Virus record (IMG/VR): IMGVR_UViG_3300011008_000057
Location: 2,205-66,204 of that record
From: a virus
Lineage: Duplodnaviria > Caudoviricetes
DNA length: 64,000 nt
Strand: one strand, 5' to 3'
In this document: in pieces, positions 43,422-54,058 of the stretch
Layout of the letters: each line of letters begins with the position of its first letter
Numbering within the stretch: the first letter of the stretch is position 1
The notes under the pieces: model-generated
Told to the model about the DNA's origin: nothing
Databases searched by the model: none
What the model saw: only the letters and a program-made list of their open reading frames with translations
Made by a program: the position numbers and the translations under genes

Positions 43422-46400
43422 ATGAGTCTCCTTGCAAAAGGTTCAATATTACTATCTGCTATTGACGACGCATATTCGGTTACTATGACGCCGAACAATT
43501 TCGTCATCAATGCTTCATACGATGGTAGCACCGTCGACCTCAATGATGCTTTCTCTGATATACGAGTTTTTCGTGGCGAAACTCCAGAGGCTTTCAGCAT
43601 CGACATTGATTCGTCGAGCAGCATCGGCATTGCATACACGGTTACGAGCGTCGATAGTCTTGTAAAGCGTATCAGGATTACGGAAATTCCTAATGGAGAA
43701 GTGAATGGATGGATCTCTTTTGTGATTACAACTGTGCTTACGGGACATGTCATCCTTGCAACGCTCAACTTCACAGTTGTGCGTGAAACGACCATGTTCG
43801 ATTGGATTCTTGACTGGGAAAACAACAAGACAACAATTGGAGATACATATCTCATTACGCCAAAGTTGTTTGTCGGCCATCGAACCCAGGGAATTGGTCT
43901 CGGAACGTTGAGCGGTGTCTATATTGGACCAGACGACCAGACTGTCGGAACGGCTGGTATCTATGGATTGCATGGCGGCGAAGAGATTTTCCATATCAAC
44001 AAGGATGGAGGCGTCATAGGCGGGTGGACTATTGGAACGGAATACCTGTATAGCGCCCATGTGTTGCTTGGCGCAGACACTTCTTACGTTGGTGTATCGC
44101 CGTCCGCACTGACGGAATCCATCGTTTCTGCAAGCGGTTTCTCTCACAGGGACATTGTTCACAATCACGGCGGCGTTGCCATGTTCTACAATACGGCACA
44201 GGACTATGGTCTCGAAGGCTATCTGCCAGCCACTATGTCTGGTGGGACAACGACGCTTAACAAGGTCTTCAGCCTTGGCAATGAAAACAAGATAGCCGCT
44301 TGGAATTTCGATACCGATTCGCTTTGGATCGGAACCAAGTCGAATGTCGCGGGTGCAGGCACTTCCAGTAGCGGCAGTATCACCATCGGCAGTAACGGCT
44401 TGCGCGGCTACGGATGGTATATAGACACTGGCGGCAATGCGAGTTTCGCAAACGGTCATGTAACGCTTGGTTATTCGACAAACCTTATAGCAGGTTGGAA
44501 AATCACTCAAGGCAGGCTCTCGACGTCTCATGTCGCACTTGTTTCAGATGTGAATAACGGAGCCGTATTCGTGTCGGCATCAAATATCGGAAACATCGCA
44601 AACGCGAATCTTGCATCCGCTATCGAAGGCAGCGGTGGCATTTACATGCGTTCCTTGTCGAATGGGTCGGAATTGGCGGGGTACTCTACTGGCGGAAATC
44701 TGCTTTTCTATCTGTCGACGACCCATCCGTCACAAATTGCGGCTTGGTATTTCGACAACCAGGCTTTATACATCGGCACAAAAGCCACAAGCGGTTTCAC
44801 TTCGGCATCGGGTTACATCACGCTTAGTTCAACTGGCATCAGAGGCTTCAAGTGGCGCATTGAATCCACCGGGGTTGCTGTGTTTGCAGGTGGCTTCGTC
44901 CAGTTCAATGTCGACGGTGGCGGCTATTTGGCCAACCAGAACATCATCTGGGATGCGTCTGGCAACATTGAGTTTGCTGGTTCGTCGATGGAACTGACAG
45001 GTGCCATCTATGTTAAGGACGAGAACGGTGTCATCAAGGCTGGAATGCTTGCGGCGGGTTCGGGTTCGGCGGGCATCAGGTTTTTCGCAGGTGATTCAAC
45101 ACCGGCAAGAGCGCCATTCCGTGTAGACGAAACGGGGCTATTCTACGCTTCCAATGCAAATGTCACGGGAACAATAAGTTCCACGAATGGTTCCATTGGA
45201 GGATGGACCATCGACAGCGATTCCATATTCAAAGGTACGAAAGCGACATCAGGATTCACGGGAGCGTCGGGGTCGATTACCATTGGCAGCACCGGTATTA
45301 GGGGCTACAAGTGGCGCTTGGAAAACACAGGTGAGGCTGTTTTTGCCGATGGCAAAGTCGTTTTCCATAGCAACGGTTCCGGCAACATCGCCAACGGAGC
45401 CATATATTGGACCACTAACGGAGGGACATTCATATCTGGCTCCTTATTGATTACTGATGGAAATCTTTTGGTTAGAGCTGGTATTTCGTCAGTAGGATCT
45501 GGCTCAAATGGCATCAGGTTCTTTGCAGGTGGACCAACTTTAACAACGGCCCCTTTCAGAGTTGATGAAAATGGCCATGTTTACGCATCTGACATTGATG
45601 CAGATGGTGGATATATAGGCAGTTGGATTATTTCCGATAATGGAACCATCATATCGGACAATAGTGGAACCCCGAAAGTCACGCTCGACGCTTCAGGGAG
45701 CATAAGGCTATATATAAACAGTTTGGATGCCTGCGTCGAGCACATGGTGTGCGGAGGTGAAGGGTATTCTCGCGGGATTGGATCTGACATAAGACTCGAT
45801 GCCGACCTTGGTATCATCAGGATTAAGACGGTAGGCGACGTGTCAGGTGGAGTGGGTTCGGTTCTTTTGACACCGACAGGAATATATGCAGACAGGGCCG
45901 GTATGCTTGCCCCGTCAAGTGACGACACCTATTCCCAACGATCGGCTATCGTTGGAGATGGAAAGTCGACGCTTGTCGCTTCAAGCCATAACAATGGCAG
46001 TGACGAAAACTGTATAATAGGCGTATATGGGTCTGCAACCAACACGCGGGCATCATCGCCTGCACCGTGTTATGGCGGTTTCTTCGACGGTTTGAAGATG
46101 CGGGGGCTGTATCTTGGGAGGAAAGTTATCACGACAACTGGAAGCCATCAACTTGACGGGAAAGACACGCTTGTCATCGCTCTGCCACCAGTGAACGGAG
46201 TCTCTGCTAATATCTATCTGCCAACGGAAGGTGCCTATGAGGGCCGCACGGTCATAGTCAAATTGCTTAATTCTGGTGATGCTATGGTGTTTCCAGGAAG
46301 TGGTTCCTATATGAATTCCACGACCAATACAGGAGGGGTGTACATCGCGAACGGAGAGACGTGGGTGTTTATATTGGTCAAAATACCGGTGACAACATCG

Positions 46401-46499
46401 GGGTCAGGATCTGGCGATTCGCACGAACTTTCCGGGTCTGGTAGTGGCAGCACAACATATTACAATGTTTGGACATCAATGAAAGCAAACCAGCAATGA
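43422..46499 (+). CDS. Tail fibre protein with internal repeats
   Basis: 1025 aa; three IA(A/G)W.....L..GTK...G..SG.IT....G.RG..W units and two GIRFFAG...APFRVDE.G units. Confidence 0.75.
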   Translation: MSLLAKGSILLSAIDDAYSVTMTPNNFVINASYDGSTVDLNDAFSDIRVFRGETPEAFSIDIDSSSSIGIAYTVTSVDSLVKRIRITEIPNGEVNGWISFVITTVLTGHVILATLNFTVVRETTMFDWILDWENNKTTIGDTYLITPKLFVGHRTQGIGLGTLSGVYIGPDDQTVGTAGIYGLHGGEEIFHINKDGGVIGGWTIGTEYLYSAHVLLGADTSYVGVSPSALTESIVSASGFSHRDIVHNHGGVAMFYNTAQDYGLEGYLPATMSGGTTTLNKVFSLGNENKIAAWNFDTDSLWIGTKSNVAGAGTSSSGSITIGSNGLRGYGWYIDTGGNASFANGHVTLGYSTNLIAGWKITQGRLSTSHVALVSDVNNGAVFVSASNIGNIANANLASAIEGSGGIYMRSLSNGSELAGYSTGGNLLFYLSTTHPSQIAAWYFDNQALYIGTKATSGFTSASGYITLSSTGIRGFKWRIESTGVAVFAGGFVQFNVDGGGYLANQNIIWDASGNIEFAGSSMELTGAIYVKDENGVIKAGMLAAGSGSAGIRFFAGDSTPARAPFRVDETGLFYASNANVTGTISSTNGSIGGWTIDSDSIFKGTKATSGFTGASGSITIGSTGIRGYKWRLENTGEAVFADGKVVFHSNGSGNIANGAIYWTTNGGTFISGSLLITDGNLLVRAGISSVGSGSNGIRFFAGGPTLTTAPFRVDENGHVYASDIDADGGYIGSWIISDNGTIISDNSGTPKVTLDASGSIRLYINSLDACVEHMVCGGEGYSRGIGSDIRLDADLGIIRIKTVGDVSGGVGSVLLTPTGIYADRAGMLAPSSDDTYSQRSAIVGDGKSTLVASSHNNGSDENCIIGVYGSATNTRASSPAPCYGGFFDGLKMRGLYLGRKVITTTGSHQLDGKDTLVIALPPVNGVSANIYLPTEGAYEGRTVIVKLLNSGDAMVFPGSGSYMNSTTNTGGVYIANGETWVFILVKIPVTTSGSGSGDSHELSGSGSGSTTYYNVWTSMKANQQ

Positions 46500-47182
46500 G
46501 AAGAGATATTGAAGTAAAGTCATCTACATGCGATGTTACGCTTGTTAGCGGCAGGCGATATGCAGTCTACCAATTCCAATGGGTAGAGAACCCGATCGGG
46601 TTGCAACGCTACGTTTACGGAGAGATAACGGTTCCTGCCTTTGTACCGGAAGGCACGTTGAGGCAAAACGGCATGTATGTCACTATTCCATACACACCGA
46701 AATACAAGGAGGTCATGTTGCGCATCAGGCGGATGATAGGGCCGACTTCCTACACCTATCTCCAAAATCCTATTGATGGTTCCGAATGGTTCACGGTGAA
46801 GGCCGGTATGTTTGGCAGACCGATTGAGAACGTATTCGCTTGCCAATTGATGCTTGTTTCGGAAGGCTCGCTGCATTTGATGATCGAGGGCGGGAATGTC
46901 GTGCTGTATGATGCAGAAGAATTGGATTTCAATATTGTGAAAGCCAACAAGCAGAACGGGAACATGTTGCTGAAGTGCGTCCCAACGAACAACTACCGTT
47001 ATCCGGTCACTGGCGTCGGATTGGTCAGATGGACCAATTCGAACATCGAATACACAAGGCTGTCGGAAATCCTGCAACGCGAGTTCCAAGATGACGGCGT
47101 GACCGTAATGGACGCCTCATACGACTTCGACACCAAAGACCTTTATCTTGACCTTGATACGACATTTGTAGACTTGGAATAA
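46496..47182 (+). CDS. Baseplate wedge-like protein
   Basis: C-terminus NYRYPVTGVGL...ILQREFQDDG resembles gp25/W-like; ATG 46496 overlaps the upstream stop. Confidence 0.55.
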   Translation: MRRDIEVKSSTCDVTLVSGRRYAVYQFQWVENPIGLQRYVYGEITVPAFVPEGTLRQNGMYVTIPYTPKYKEVMLRIRRMIGPTSYTYLQNPIDGSEWFTVKAGMFGRPIENVFACQLMLVSEGSLHLMIEGGNVVLYDAEELDFNIVKANKQNGNMLLKCVPTNNYRYPVTGVGLVRWTNSNIEYTRLSEILQREFQDDGVTVMDASYDFDTKDLYLDLDTTFVDLE

Positions 47183-48066
47183 TGGCAACCTATATCGTAA
47201 AACCGAACCAGAACATTTTTGATGTGGCCATCATGCTTCACGGGAGCATCGAAGGCTTGTTTGACCTGTTGATCAGCAACGAGTGGCTGACAATGACGAC
47301 CGACCTGAAGGCGGGAATGAAACTTGAGTACCACGATTTCTATAAGACAAACGAAGGCATTGTGTCGGAAATCGAGGAGCAAGGCTATTTGGCCGCAAAT
47401 GGAGAGCGGCATGTGTATCACAAGAGCACGGATCTGCCTTTGGTGTTCGTATTTGCTATTGACGAAAGCGAGACCGAACGGATGTGGTTCGGCGTATCAG
47501 CTGAAAGCGGTTCGATTCTTGTCGACTGGGGCGACAATTCAGACTTGCAGGAGGTGCCGCTATCGACGACAGTCAGCCGCGTCGAGCATTGGTTTGACAA
47601 CAAGGTTGACAAGCGTCGCGTGAGAGTGTACGGAAACTTTGAACTGAACACCTTCGACGCTGAGGGCATACCTGGAACAATATTCACAATGCGCAATGTC
47701 ACGATTGACGAATTTTCGTACCGTAAAAACATATACCCGCTTGACGGACTATTTCTTTTCGAAGGCACCTATTCACTGGACCTGCGCGAAGCAAAGGTGA
47801 GAGACCTTGCGCCGATTGGGAACATGAGCCTGCAAATGCTTGATTTGCGCGGTGCAAACATTGGTAGCGATACGATTGACGACTACCTGACTTACATTGT
47901 CGCCAACTATGGCAGCAGGCGTGACTGTACGGTTCTATTGACCACCGAACCGTCCGAAATCGGGATGGCTGCCATACAGACCATCATCGGCGAGGAGAGT
48001 TGGAACCAAGGCGGACATTGGGTGTTCGACATCAACGGAACGATATACACATACACAGGGCAATAA
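47182..48066 (+). CDS. LysM/tail-X-like baseplate protein
   Basis: YIVKPNQNIFDVAIMLHGSIEGLFDLL N-terminus. Confidence 0.65.
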   Translation: MATYIVKPNQNIFDVAIMLHGSIEGLFDLLISNEWLTMTTDLKAGMKLEYHDFYKTNEGIVSEIEEQGYLAANGERHVYHKSTDLPLVFVFAIDESETERMWFGVSAESGSILVDWGDNSDLQEVPLSTTVSRVEHWFDNKVDKRRVRVYGNFELNTFDAEGIPGTIFTMRNVTIDEFSYRKNIYPLDGLFLFEGTYSLDLREAKVRDLAPIGNMSLQMLDLRGANIGSDTIDDYLTYIVANYGSRRDCTVLLTTEPSEIGMAAIQTIIGEESWNQGGHWVFDINGTIYTYTGQ

Positions 48067-48986
48067 TGGCAAGGACTTTGACAGAGATTTATAGCGCGGC
48101 TAAGGAGAAGCGCGACGAATATCTTGAACTGACCGAGTTTCACAACAGTTCGAAGATGTCGGTTCTCGATGCCTTCACATGGGTCGTATCGGCCTGTATC
48201 TGGACTTTCGAGAACATCCTTGATGTGTTCAAGGTCGACTTGGCCAAGGATTTGCAGTACCGCATCAACGGCAACGCGGCATACTATGCCAATGCGTTGC
48301 TGAAATACCAAAGTGGAGACTCATTGCAGATGAACGACGAGGGCACAGCCTTCTCCTATCCGAGCGTTGACTTGTCGAAACGCATCATAACCAAGGTAAG
48401 CTATTCTGAGGTCGTCGAAGAAGGCTTCAACGACAAGAAACTCTATCTGAAAGTGGCCACAGGCGAACCAGGTGCCTACGAGCGCATCAGTGACATGGAG
48501 TTGCTATCTGTGCAAGCCTACTTGAACCAGATTTCGTTTGCAGGAACACATGGAATCGTCGTGAGCAGGAATGGTGATGTGCTGATTCCTCGGCTTACCG
48601 TTTACTATGACGGTGCGGTAAGTCCTGAAGAGGTGTATGCCAACATTGAGGCGTCTCTTAACGACTTTGTGCAGAACCTTCCGTTTGACGGAGTGGTGTA
48701 TGTGCAGAAAATCATCGACGCAATTCAAAAGGCCGAGCATGTCGTTGACGTGTTTGTAGGTCAAGACCAAGGCATCTATGTCGCACAATACGACAGCGAC
48801 AACCAGCTTGTCGTTCAAGATACCGATGAGAACGAAGAACCTATCTACGAAATGCGTGTCAGCCGTTCGTTTGTGCCCAATGCCGGATTTGTGAAGCAAA
48901 GCACTGGTGAAGATGTCGAGGAGCGGTTCCAGAAATGGGCCGAATCAATAACGCTCGTTGTGGAAGGACAAGAGACCGAGGGATAA
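48066..48986 (+). CDS. Baseplate J-like wedge protein
   Basis: MARTLTEIY..., GNAAYYA..LLKYQSG, LKVA..E, ISFAGT...VSRNGDVL, IIDAIQKAEHV. Confidence 0.7.
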   Translation: MARTLTEIYSAAKEKRDEYLELTEFHNSSKMSVLDAFTWVVSACIWTFENILDVFKVDLAKDLQYRINGNAAYYANALLKYQSGDSLQMNDEGTAFSYPSVDLSKRIITKVSYSEVVEEGFNDKKLYLKVATGEPGAYERISDMELLSVQAYLNQISFAGTHGIVVSRNGDVLIPRLTVYYDGAVSPEEVYANIEASLNDFVQNLPFDGVVYVQKIIDAIQKAEHVVDVFVGQDQGIYVAQYDSDNQLVVQDTDENEEPIYEMRVSRSFVPNAGFVKQSTGEDVEERFQKWAESITLVVEGQETEG

Positions 48987-49519
48987 TGAGGTACAGGATC
49001 AATTTTGACAAGACCGTGAATCAGCTTGTGCCGCATTACATCGGCGGAAGGAAGCTGATACTATACTTGCAAGCCCTCGTCAGCCCATTGCAGGCACTGA
49101 ACGATGCTTTTGTCGAATGGGCCAAGGAAACGCGAATAGAAGCCTCGATGACATCGCAGATATTCAAGTTCGAATGGTTCCTTAACAGGAAGTTCAAGAA
49201 ATACTTTGCCAACCCAAACGGCAGAATTACGATAAGCAATGGCTCATCGCTTGGTGTTCCATTGTATTGGCAGTCGGAAAACATGCCGCGAACAGCATTC
49301 TATCACCAAAACGGCGACGAGCAACAAGCCATTGAAGACAACCCTGCCTTCTATTATAGCGACGAAAGGCTGACAGGAAGCGGCTTCAGTTTCGTGGTAC
49401 ATTCGCCACGCCCCGACACAGCTTTGATAACACAGTCGGCATACGACAGCCAGCTTCGTTACTGGATTGACAGATACAGACTTGCAAGCAAAACATATAA
49501 CATACAATATCACGACTAA
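48986..49519 (+). CDS. Baseplate I-like protein
   Basis: INFDKTVNQLVP...SQIFKFEWFLN...YRLASKTY; follows J-like gene. Confidence 0.6.
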   Translation: MRYRINFDKTVNQLVPHYIGGRKLILYLQALVSPLQALNDAFVEWAKETRIEASMTSQIFKFEWFLNRKFKKYFANPNGRITISNGSSLGVPLYWQSENMPRTAFYHQNGDEQQAIEDNPAFYYSDERLTGSGFSFVVHSPRPDTALITQSAYDSQLRYWIDRYRLASKTYNIQYHD

Positions 49520-51333
49520 TGAAAGAATTTAGCGCACAAACCGGCGGACGTTATACCTATGTTGATGATTTCATCAACCTACAGGATTTGGCCCTTGCTT
49601 TCGTGAACATCTTTGACGAATGTGAGAATTTCATCGTTTCAGGATGCGAAGTATCAGGCTCTACGGTCTCGCCCGGATATGTATATATCAATAAGCGGAT
49701 ACGCTATTTCAACGGTGCGACAAACGCGACGTTCCCATGCTATATCTATGAGCAGAACAACGCCGAAACCCTTACTTACGCCAATGGTCAGGACAAGGTT
49801 GGCAGGAAGATATACGGTTGTGCGCTGGGTGCTTCAGTCCCGTCGGGAGATGACCCATTGACCAACGTGGCGAGACAATACATTCTGCTCGACGAAAGGG
49901 GTAATGGGCTGAGGATGGATGAGGCTTTCTTCGGCACGAACTGCATGTTACTCAACTCAAACGGGCAAACCGTCCAAGGCAATGTGACCTTCGCCAACAA
50001 CGTGACAATAGTAGGCTCCTTGAACCTCGACTCAATCATGCTGACTTCGGGCAACTTCATAGGGAGAATCTATTTTGAGGCAGACGGCAAGTTCGTCGTG
50101 CAAAACAGGAAGGGGGATGTGGCATACGGGATGACCATTGCGCATGGCAACGGTTTCGTCTTTTCCGCAGCGGGCCAGACTTTGCTGACCATTGGCACAA
50201 GCCAAGTGTCGGCTTCGGTCCCGTTGTCGGTGCCGAGGATGAACACTTCCAACGTCACCATCGCGTCAAACAACGTCTACGAGCACGCCACCAATGCCGA
50301 CAATGGTGCCTTGAAAATCAACATGCTTGGATACAACGGCGCTTCCAGCCGATACCGCGATACGGTGATTGGCAACGGCAGGGGAGCGGCCATAATCACC
50401 GTTGATGGTTCTGCCTCTATGGTACAGATTGACGGAACAATTGTCGCCAACAGCTCAGACAAGGAGGCTTTCGTGCTGAAAAGCACATATCCACGTTCCA
50501 GTGAAGAGAACTTCCTCAAGACCCTCGTCATCGAAGATTCGAGCAACTATGTTGCGGCAGTCTTCGGTTACAATTCAGCAACAGACGGCACGAATTCAAA
50601 CGCCGTTCACGACGGAAAGGTGCTGTCAATCATCAACAACATCGGAAGTATCGACATCACTGGAACGGGATGTGTGAACATAGGTCCTGTAATCCAAGAG
50701 AACGGAGTGGCGCTTTCAACGAAGTATATTCTCAGGTCCGAATTGCCGTCATGGGTGTTCGGCAACGCACCAACGAGCGGTATGACACAGGAAATTGCTG
50801 ATGGCAGGTATGCGCGATTGACCAACGGACTGGCACAATTCATCCGTGGTTCGAACACCGCATCGGTGCTTTGCAGCCAGATAGGGGCGATGACGCAGAC
50901 ACAAGCCGACTCAAGGTATGCGAAACTCAGTTCCTACCTTTCCGACATGGCTCGTACAGAAGCCGAGAAGTCGCTTATCAGGCATAATATTGGAGCCGCA
51001 TCCTCATCACTCGTCACATCAACTTACGACTCAGGATGGAAGGATTTGAGGGGCGGGCTGCTATGGGCAAGGCAATGGGGTAAGGTTGTCACCATTCAAG
51101 GCACTCTTGCTACATCTTCCGTCGGTAACACCGCATTCCTTATCCCTGCCGGAATAGCTCCGCCAGCTTATGATGTCGAGCTTGTCGCTTTTGAGGCAAC
51201 CAGAAGCGGCGATGACGCCCGATTGTTCAGGGTGAAAATACTGGCAGGACAAAGAAACGGATTGATAACGCATTGTCCGGACGCCATTGTCAATACTATT
51301 GTTACAGTCACATTAACTTATATGGTAGCATAA
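49519..51333 (+). CDS. Tail fibre/baseplate protein
   Basis: 604 aa; FIVSGCEV...VSPGYVYIN N-terminus and DSGW...RQWGKVVTIQG C-terminus. Confidence 0.7.
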   Translation: MKEFSAQTGGRYTYVDDFINLQDLALAFVNIFDECENFIVSGCEVSGSTVSPGYVYINKRIRYFNGATNATFPCYIYEQNNAETLTYANGQDKVGRKIYGCALGASVPSGDDPLTNVARQYILLDERGNGLRMDEAFFGTNCMLLNSNGQTVQGNVTFANNVTIVGSLNLDSIMLTSGNFIGRIYFEADGKFVVQNRKGDVAYGMTIAHGNGFVFSAAGQTLLTIGTSQVSASVPLSVPRMNTSNVTIASNNVYEHATNADNGALKINMLGYNGASSRYRDTVIGNGRGAAIITVDGSASMVQIDGTIVANSSDKEAFVLKSTYPRSSEENFLKTLVIEDSSNYVAAVFGYNSATDGTNSNAVHDGKVLSIINNIGSIDITGTGCVNIGPVIQENGVALSTKYILRSELPSWVFGNAPTSGMTQEIADGRYARLTNGLAQFIRGSNTASVLCSQIGAMTQTQADSRYAKLSSYLSDMARTEAEKSLIRHNIGAASSSLVTSTYDSGWKDLRGGLLWARQWGKVVTIQGTLATSSVGNTAFLIPAGIAPPAYDVELVAFEATRSGDDARLFRVKILAGQRNGLITHCPDAIVNTIVTVTLTYMVA

Positions 51334-51524
51334 TGTTCAAAGTACACAGAAATCTCTATGATGCCCAGGAAAACGGCAAGGAAGTGAAAATCGAGACACA
51401 TGAAGTCAAGTCAGAACCGAAGATTGTCGAAACAGTCAGGGCCGTCGCACAGGAAAGCGAAGCAGAAAAGCCAGTCAAGAGTGGTGGCAAGAAAAGGAAG
51501 AAAGCCAAGAAGGAAGAGGTTTGA
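51333..51524 (+). CDS. small hypothetical protein
   Basis: ATG overlaps the upstream TAA; 63 aa with Lys-rich end. Confidence 0.55.
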   Translation: MFKVHRNLYDAQENGKEVKIETHEVKSEPKIVETVRAVAQESEAEKPVKSGGKKRKKAKKEEV

Positions 51525-51759
51525 GGACATCCGGCTCGGCTATCTCATGCGCTATCGTGCGCCGATCGAGTTCGCGCTGATAGTTGATTCTTGCGGGGCA
51601 AAGGATGCCCCGTCAGCCGACATCATCGAAAAGCTGGCCTACATATCCGACAACAAGTTCTTCAGGACGATACAGTTCAGGAGAGCGTTGATAGACTATC
51701 GGAAAAACGGCTTGAGAAGCAAGAAGGCTTGGGGTGTTACCCACAAGCCAAAACGCTGA
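51484..51759 (+). CDS. hypothetical protein
   Basis: Probable GTG start (MARKGRKPRRKRFEDIRLGYLMRY...). Confidence 0.5.
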   Translation: MARKGRKPRRKRFEDIRLGYLMRYRAPIEFALIVDSCGAKDAPSADIIEKLAYISDNKFFRTIQFRRALIDYRKNGLRSKKAWGVTHKPKR

Positions 51760-51804
51760 TTTTGAAAAGTTTTCGCTGTCCATACATTTATCTGGAAAAA
51801 GTGT

Positions 51805-51812
51805 TACTTTTG
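51805..51812 (+). promoter_or_regulatory. Bacteroidota -7 element upstream of sigma gene
   Basis: TACTTTTG followed by CCG, 52 nt before ATG 51865. Confidence 0.55.
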
Positions 51813-51864
51813 CCGGAAATTTGATTCGTATAGTTTCTTTGTTGAATCCGGCAATGTAAACTTA

Positions 51865-52455
51865 ATGAACAAATGTGGCCGTGAGAATCCCACCAGGCCA
51901 AATTCCGACAAAAAGAAAGAACTTTTCGACAAGTATGTGATGCCCAACTACGATTTCGTGAAGAAATTGTGTGAGCGTTACACGGCCTCACGTCAGGATG
52001 TTGACGAAAACTTCAACGATGTCCTGCTCAACCTTTACATCTATATCGAGACATACGACGAGAGTCGCGACCTGAAAACGTGGCTCCATGTCGTCACAAA
52101 GCGTTATGTGTTCGGCGTAAACAAGAGGCGGATGCAATATGGCAATTCATTGCAGGACATCGAAACTGTTTACGGCACGGACTGTGAAGACAAGCCTTGC
52201 GAAATGGAATACTGCGACGGTGGCTACCACGACGGCCTGTCAGTGGCCCTCGACCTCATGCCTCAGATACACCGCAAGGCGTTTGAAATGCAGATGTCCG
52301 GGTATTCCCTCAAGGAGATTGCGAAGATATTGAACGAATCTGGCGAACTTGAATCGAACAACATCAACACCGTGAAGACCAGGGTGTTCAACGCGAGGAA
52401 GTTCCTGCGCAAGCATGTCGACCGAGAGGGGAATCTCATCATTGAAAACAAATAA
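51865..52455 (+). CDS. ECF-type RNA polymerase sigma factor (phage late sigma candidate)
   Basis: Region 2 (DVDENFNDVLL...LKTWLHVVTKR) and region 4 (GYSLKEIAKIL...NTVKTRVFNARKFL). Confidence 0.9.
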   Translation: MNKCGRENPTRPNSDKKKELFDKYVMPNYDFVKKLCERYTASRQDVDENFNDVLLNLYIYIETYDESRDLKTWLHVVTKRYVFGVNKRRMQYGNSLQDIETVYGTDCEDKPCEMEYCDGGYHDGLSVALDLMPQIHRKAFEMQMSGYSLKEIAKILNESGELESNNINTVKTRVFNARKFLRKHVDREGNLIIENK

Positions 52456-52465
52456 TCAAGACACT

Positions 52466-52720
52466 ATGGAAGAAGACAACAAATTGAAGGACGAACCCAT
52501 CGTGCAGTTCAGGTCAATCAGCGATGTGGTCGCATTGCAGGTCAAGAATCCCGAAATTGAGGAACCGCTTGCGGAAATCTCCGGCTATGACCTCCGCGTC
52601 AGCTTCAACTTCAAGTACCTGAAATCGCTGGAAGACGTGGAGATTGCTTCGGCGGCTATCGGCGACCTGTTCAAGCAGATGATGCTTGAGGAATTGTTGG
52701 GCAAGCGAAAAACCGAATAA
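52466..52720 (+). CDS. hypothetical protein
   Basis: 84 aa from ATG 52466, directly after the sigma gene. Confidence 0.6.
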   Translation: MEEDNKLKDEPIVQFRSISDVVALQVKNPEIEEPLAEISGYDLRVSFNFKYLKSLEDVEIASAAIGDLFKQMMLEELLGKRKTE

Positions 52721-52736
52721 CACCGTCGCCACTATT
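52710..52736 (+). promoter_or_regulatory. Putative phage late promoter (terS/lysis operon)
   Basis: AAAC (52710-13)-N18-CTATT (52732-36). Confidence 0.7.
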
Positions 52737-52757
52737 TGTGATTAGAAAGGAAAGCGT

Positions 52758-53318
52758 ATGCCAGACAATGAAATCATACCAGTGAGCGAGGCTGAAGTGG
52801 TTGCTCCCGTTGAAGCAGATGCCATGTTGCCAAATCCTGTCGGACTTAACGACCGTGAACAGAAGTTCTGCGAGTTGTATGCAGCAGGCAAGGCACCATT
52901 CGCCGGTAATGCCGTGAAATGCTATGAAGAGGCTTTCGGCGACAACGATCCGTTGTCGGGCATGAAGGCGCACATTCTCTTGTCGAGGCATGAGGTGCAG
53001 CGATACCTTTCCGAAATCAGCAGTCTTGATTTCGACAAGACAAAGTACATGAAGGAGTTCATGAACACGACGCTGATGAACATCGCGGACGAAATGGCCA
53101 CTTGTGCAGGTGCCAAAGACAGGAACGGAAACACGATACCACCTTCGTCATGCCGTGGAGTTGCGGTCAGTGCAATCAAGCTGCTGATGGATCTTAATGG
53201 ACTCAAGGAAGGCGGTCATGATGCCGAGTTGAAGATAAAGAACGAAAGCGGCGGAAACATCACGTTCAACGTCATAGTCCCCGCAGGCACGAAACAGAAA
53301 GAGGAGATTGGCCAATGA
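52758..53318 (+). CDS. terS: Terminase small subunit
   Basis: LNDREQKFCELY...GNAVKCYEEAF HTH, LLSRHEVQRYL, AIKLLMDLNG. Confidence 0.75.
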   Translation: MPDNEIIPVSEAEVVAPVEADAMLPNPVGLNDREQKFCELYAAGKAPFAGNAVKCYEEAFGDNDPLSGMKAHILLSRHEVQRYLSEISSLDFDKTKYMKEFMNTTLMNIADEMATCAGAKDRNGNTIPPSSCRGVAVSAIKLLMDLNGLKEGGHDAELKIKNESGGNITFNVIVPAGTKQKEEIGQ

Positions 53319-53527
53319 TGGAGAATGACATCATCGTCGTGATACCGTCGAGGGATTTGGATGAAATGGGGATGTCGGCGTTGGTCAACCACAAGATGGA
53401 AATGACGGAGCCGGTGTTTTCGAAAGACGGCAGGATGATTGGATGCTGGGCGCAACTGATAGACGAAACCTTCCTCGGAGAAAAAGAGTGGTTTATCCCA
53501 TACGAATCAATTTTTCTAATCAAATAA
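53315..53527 (+). CDS. hypothetical protein
   Basis: 70 aa, ATGA overlap. Confidence 0.6.
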   Translation: MMENDIIVVIPSRDLDEMGMSALVNHKMEMTEPVFSKDGRMIGCWAQLIDETFLGEKEWFIPYESIFLIK

Positions 53528-53534
53528 AAGCATA

Positions 53535-54035
53535 ATGGATTGGACAACAATTAAATCAATGACTGCGGTAATCGGAATGGCCTGCGTCATCGTGTTATTG
53601 GCTATGATGGTGGATCTCGTCAGTGGACTGCACAAGGCGAAGATGAGAGGAGAGTTTCGTTCATCTTGGGGGTTAAAGAGAACATTGACGAAGTTCATAA
53701 CCTACGAAGGCGGCGTAATTGTAGCCGCAGGTGTAGACATGCTGCTCTACTTCTCACGCCTGTTTGAACTGTTTCGGTTGAATGTCATCACCGGTGTTCC
53801 AGTTATTACCTGTCTTGTCGGAATCTATCTGCTCGTTGTCGAGATAATGAGCATAAGGGAGAAAGCCGATAAGAAGACAAAGAAGGACTTCTCAGAGGCC
53901 GGAGAATTTATCACGAAGTTTCTTGAAAGCAAGACATTCAAAGACGCTTTCGTGGCGGCAGTAAAGGCACAGACGTCCAGCACCACAAGTGTATGCGAAC
54001 AACCAGACGGAGAAGGCGGTGAAAACGAAGAATAA
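53535..54035 (+). CDS. Holin-family membrane protein
   Basis: Three hydrophobic segments; MVDLVSGLHKA...SWGLKRTLTK...EIMSIREK pattern. Confidence 0.75.
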   Translation: MDWTTIKSMTAVIGMACVIVLLAMMVDLVSGLHKAKMRGEFRSSWGLKRTLTKFITYEGGVIVAAGVDMLLYFSRLFELFRLNVITGVPVITCLVGIYLLVVEIMSIREKADKKTKKDFSEAGEFITKFLESKTFKDAFVAAVKAQTSSTTSVCEQPDGEGGENEE

Positions 54036-54058
54036 ACAACTCTTAAACACAAATAAAC

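Noticed and set aside
33835-51333. A second VR/target for the same TR in other tail genes
   Set aside because: No other TR-like segment (TGGAGTTCCACCCAG or ACTGTCCTGCCGTTG) was seen by eye; a computational search is still advisable.
43422-51333. Recombinase-driven tail fibre shufflon
   Set aside because: No inverted gene cassettes or flanking inverted repeats were seen; all tail genes are on one strand.
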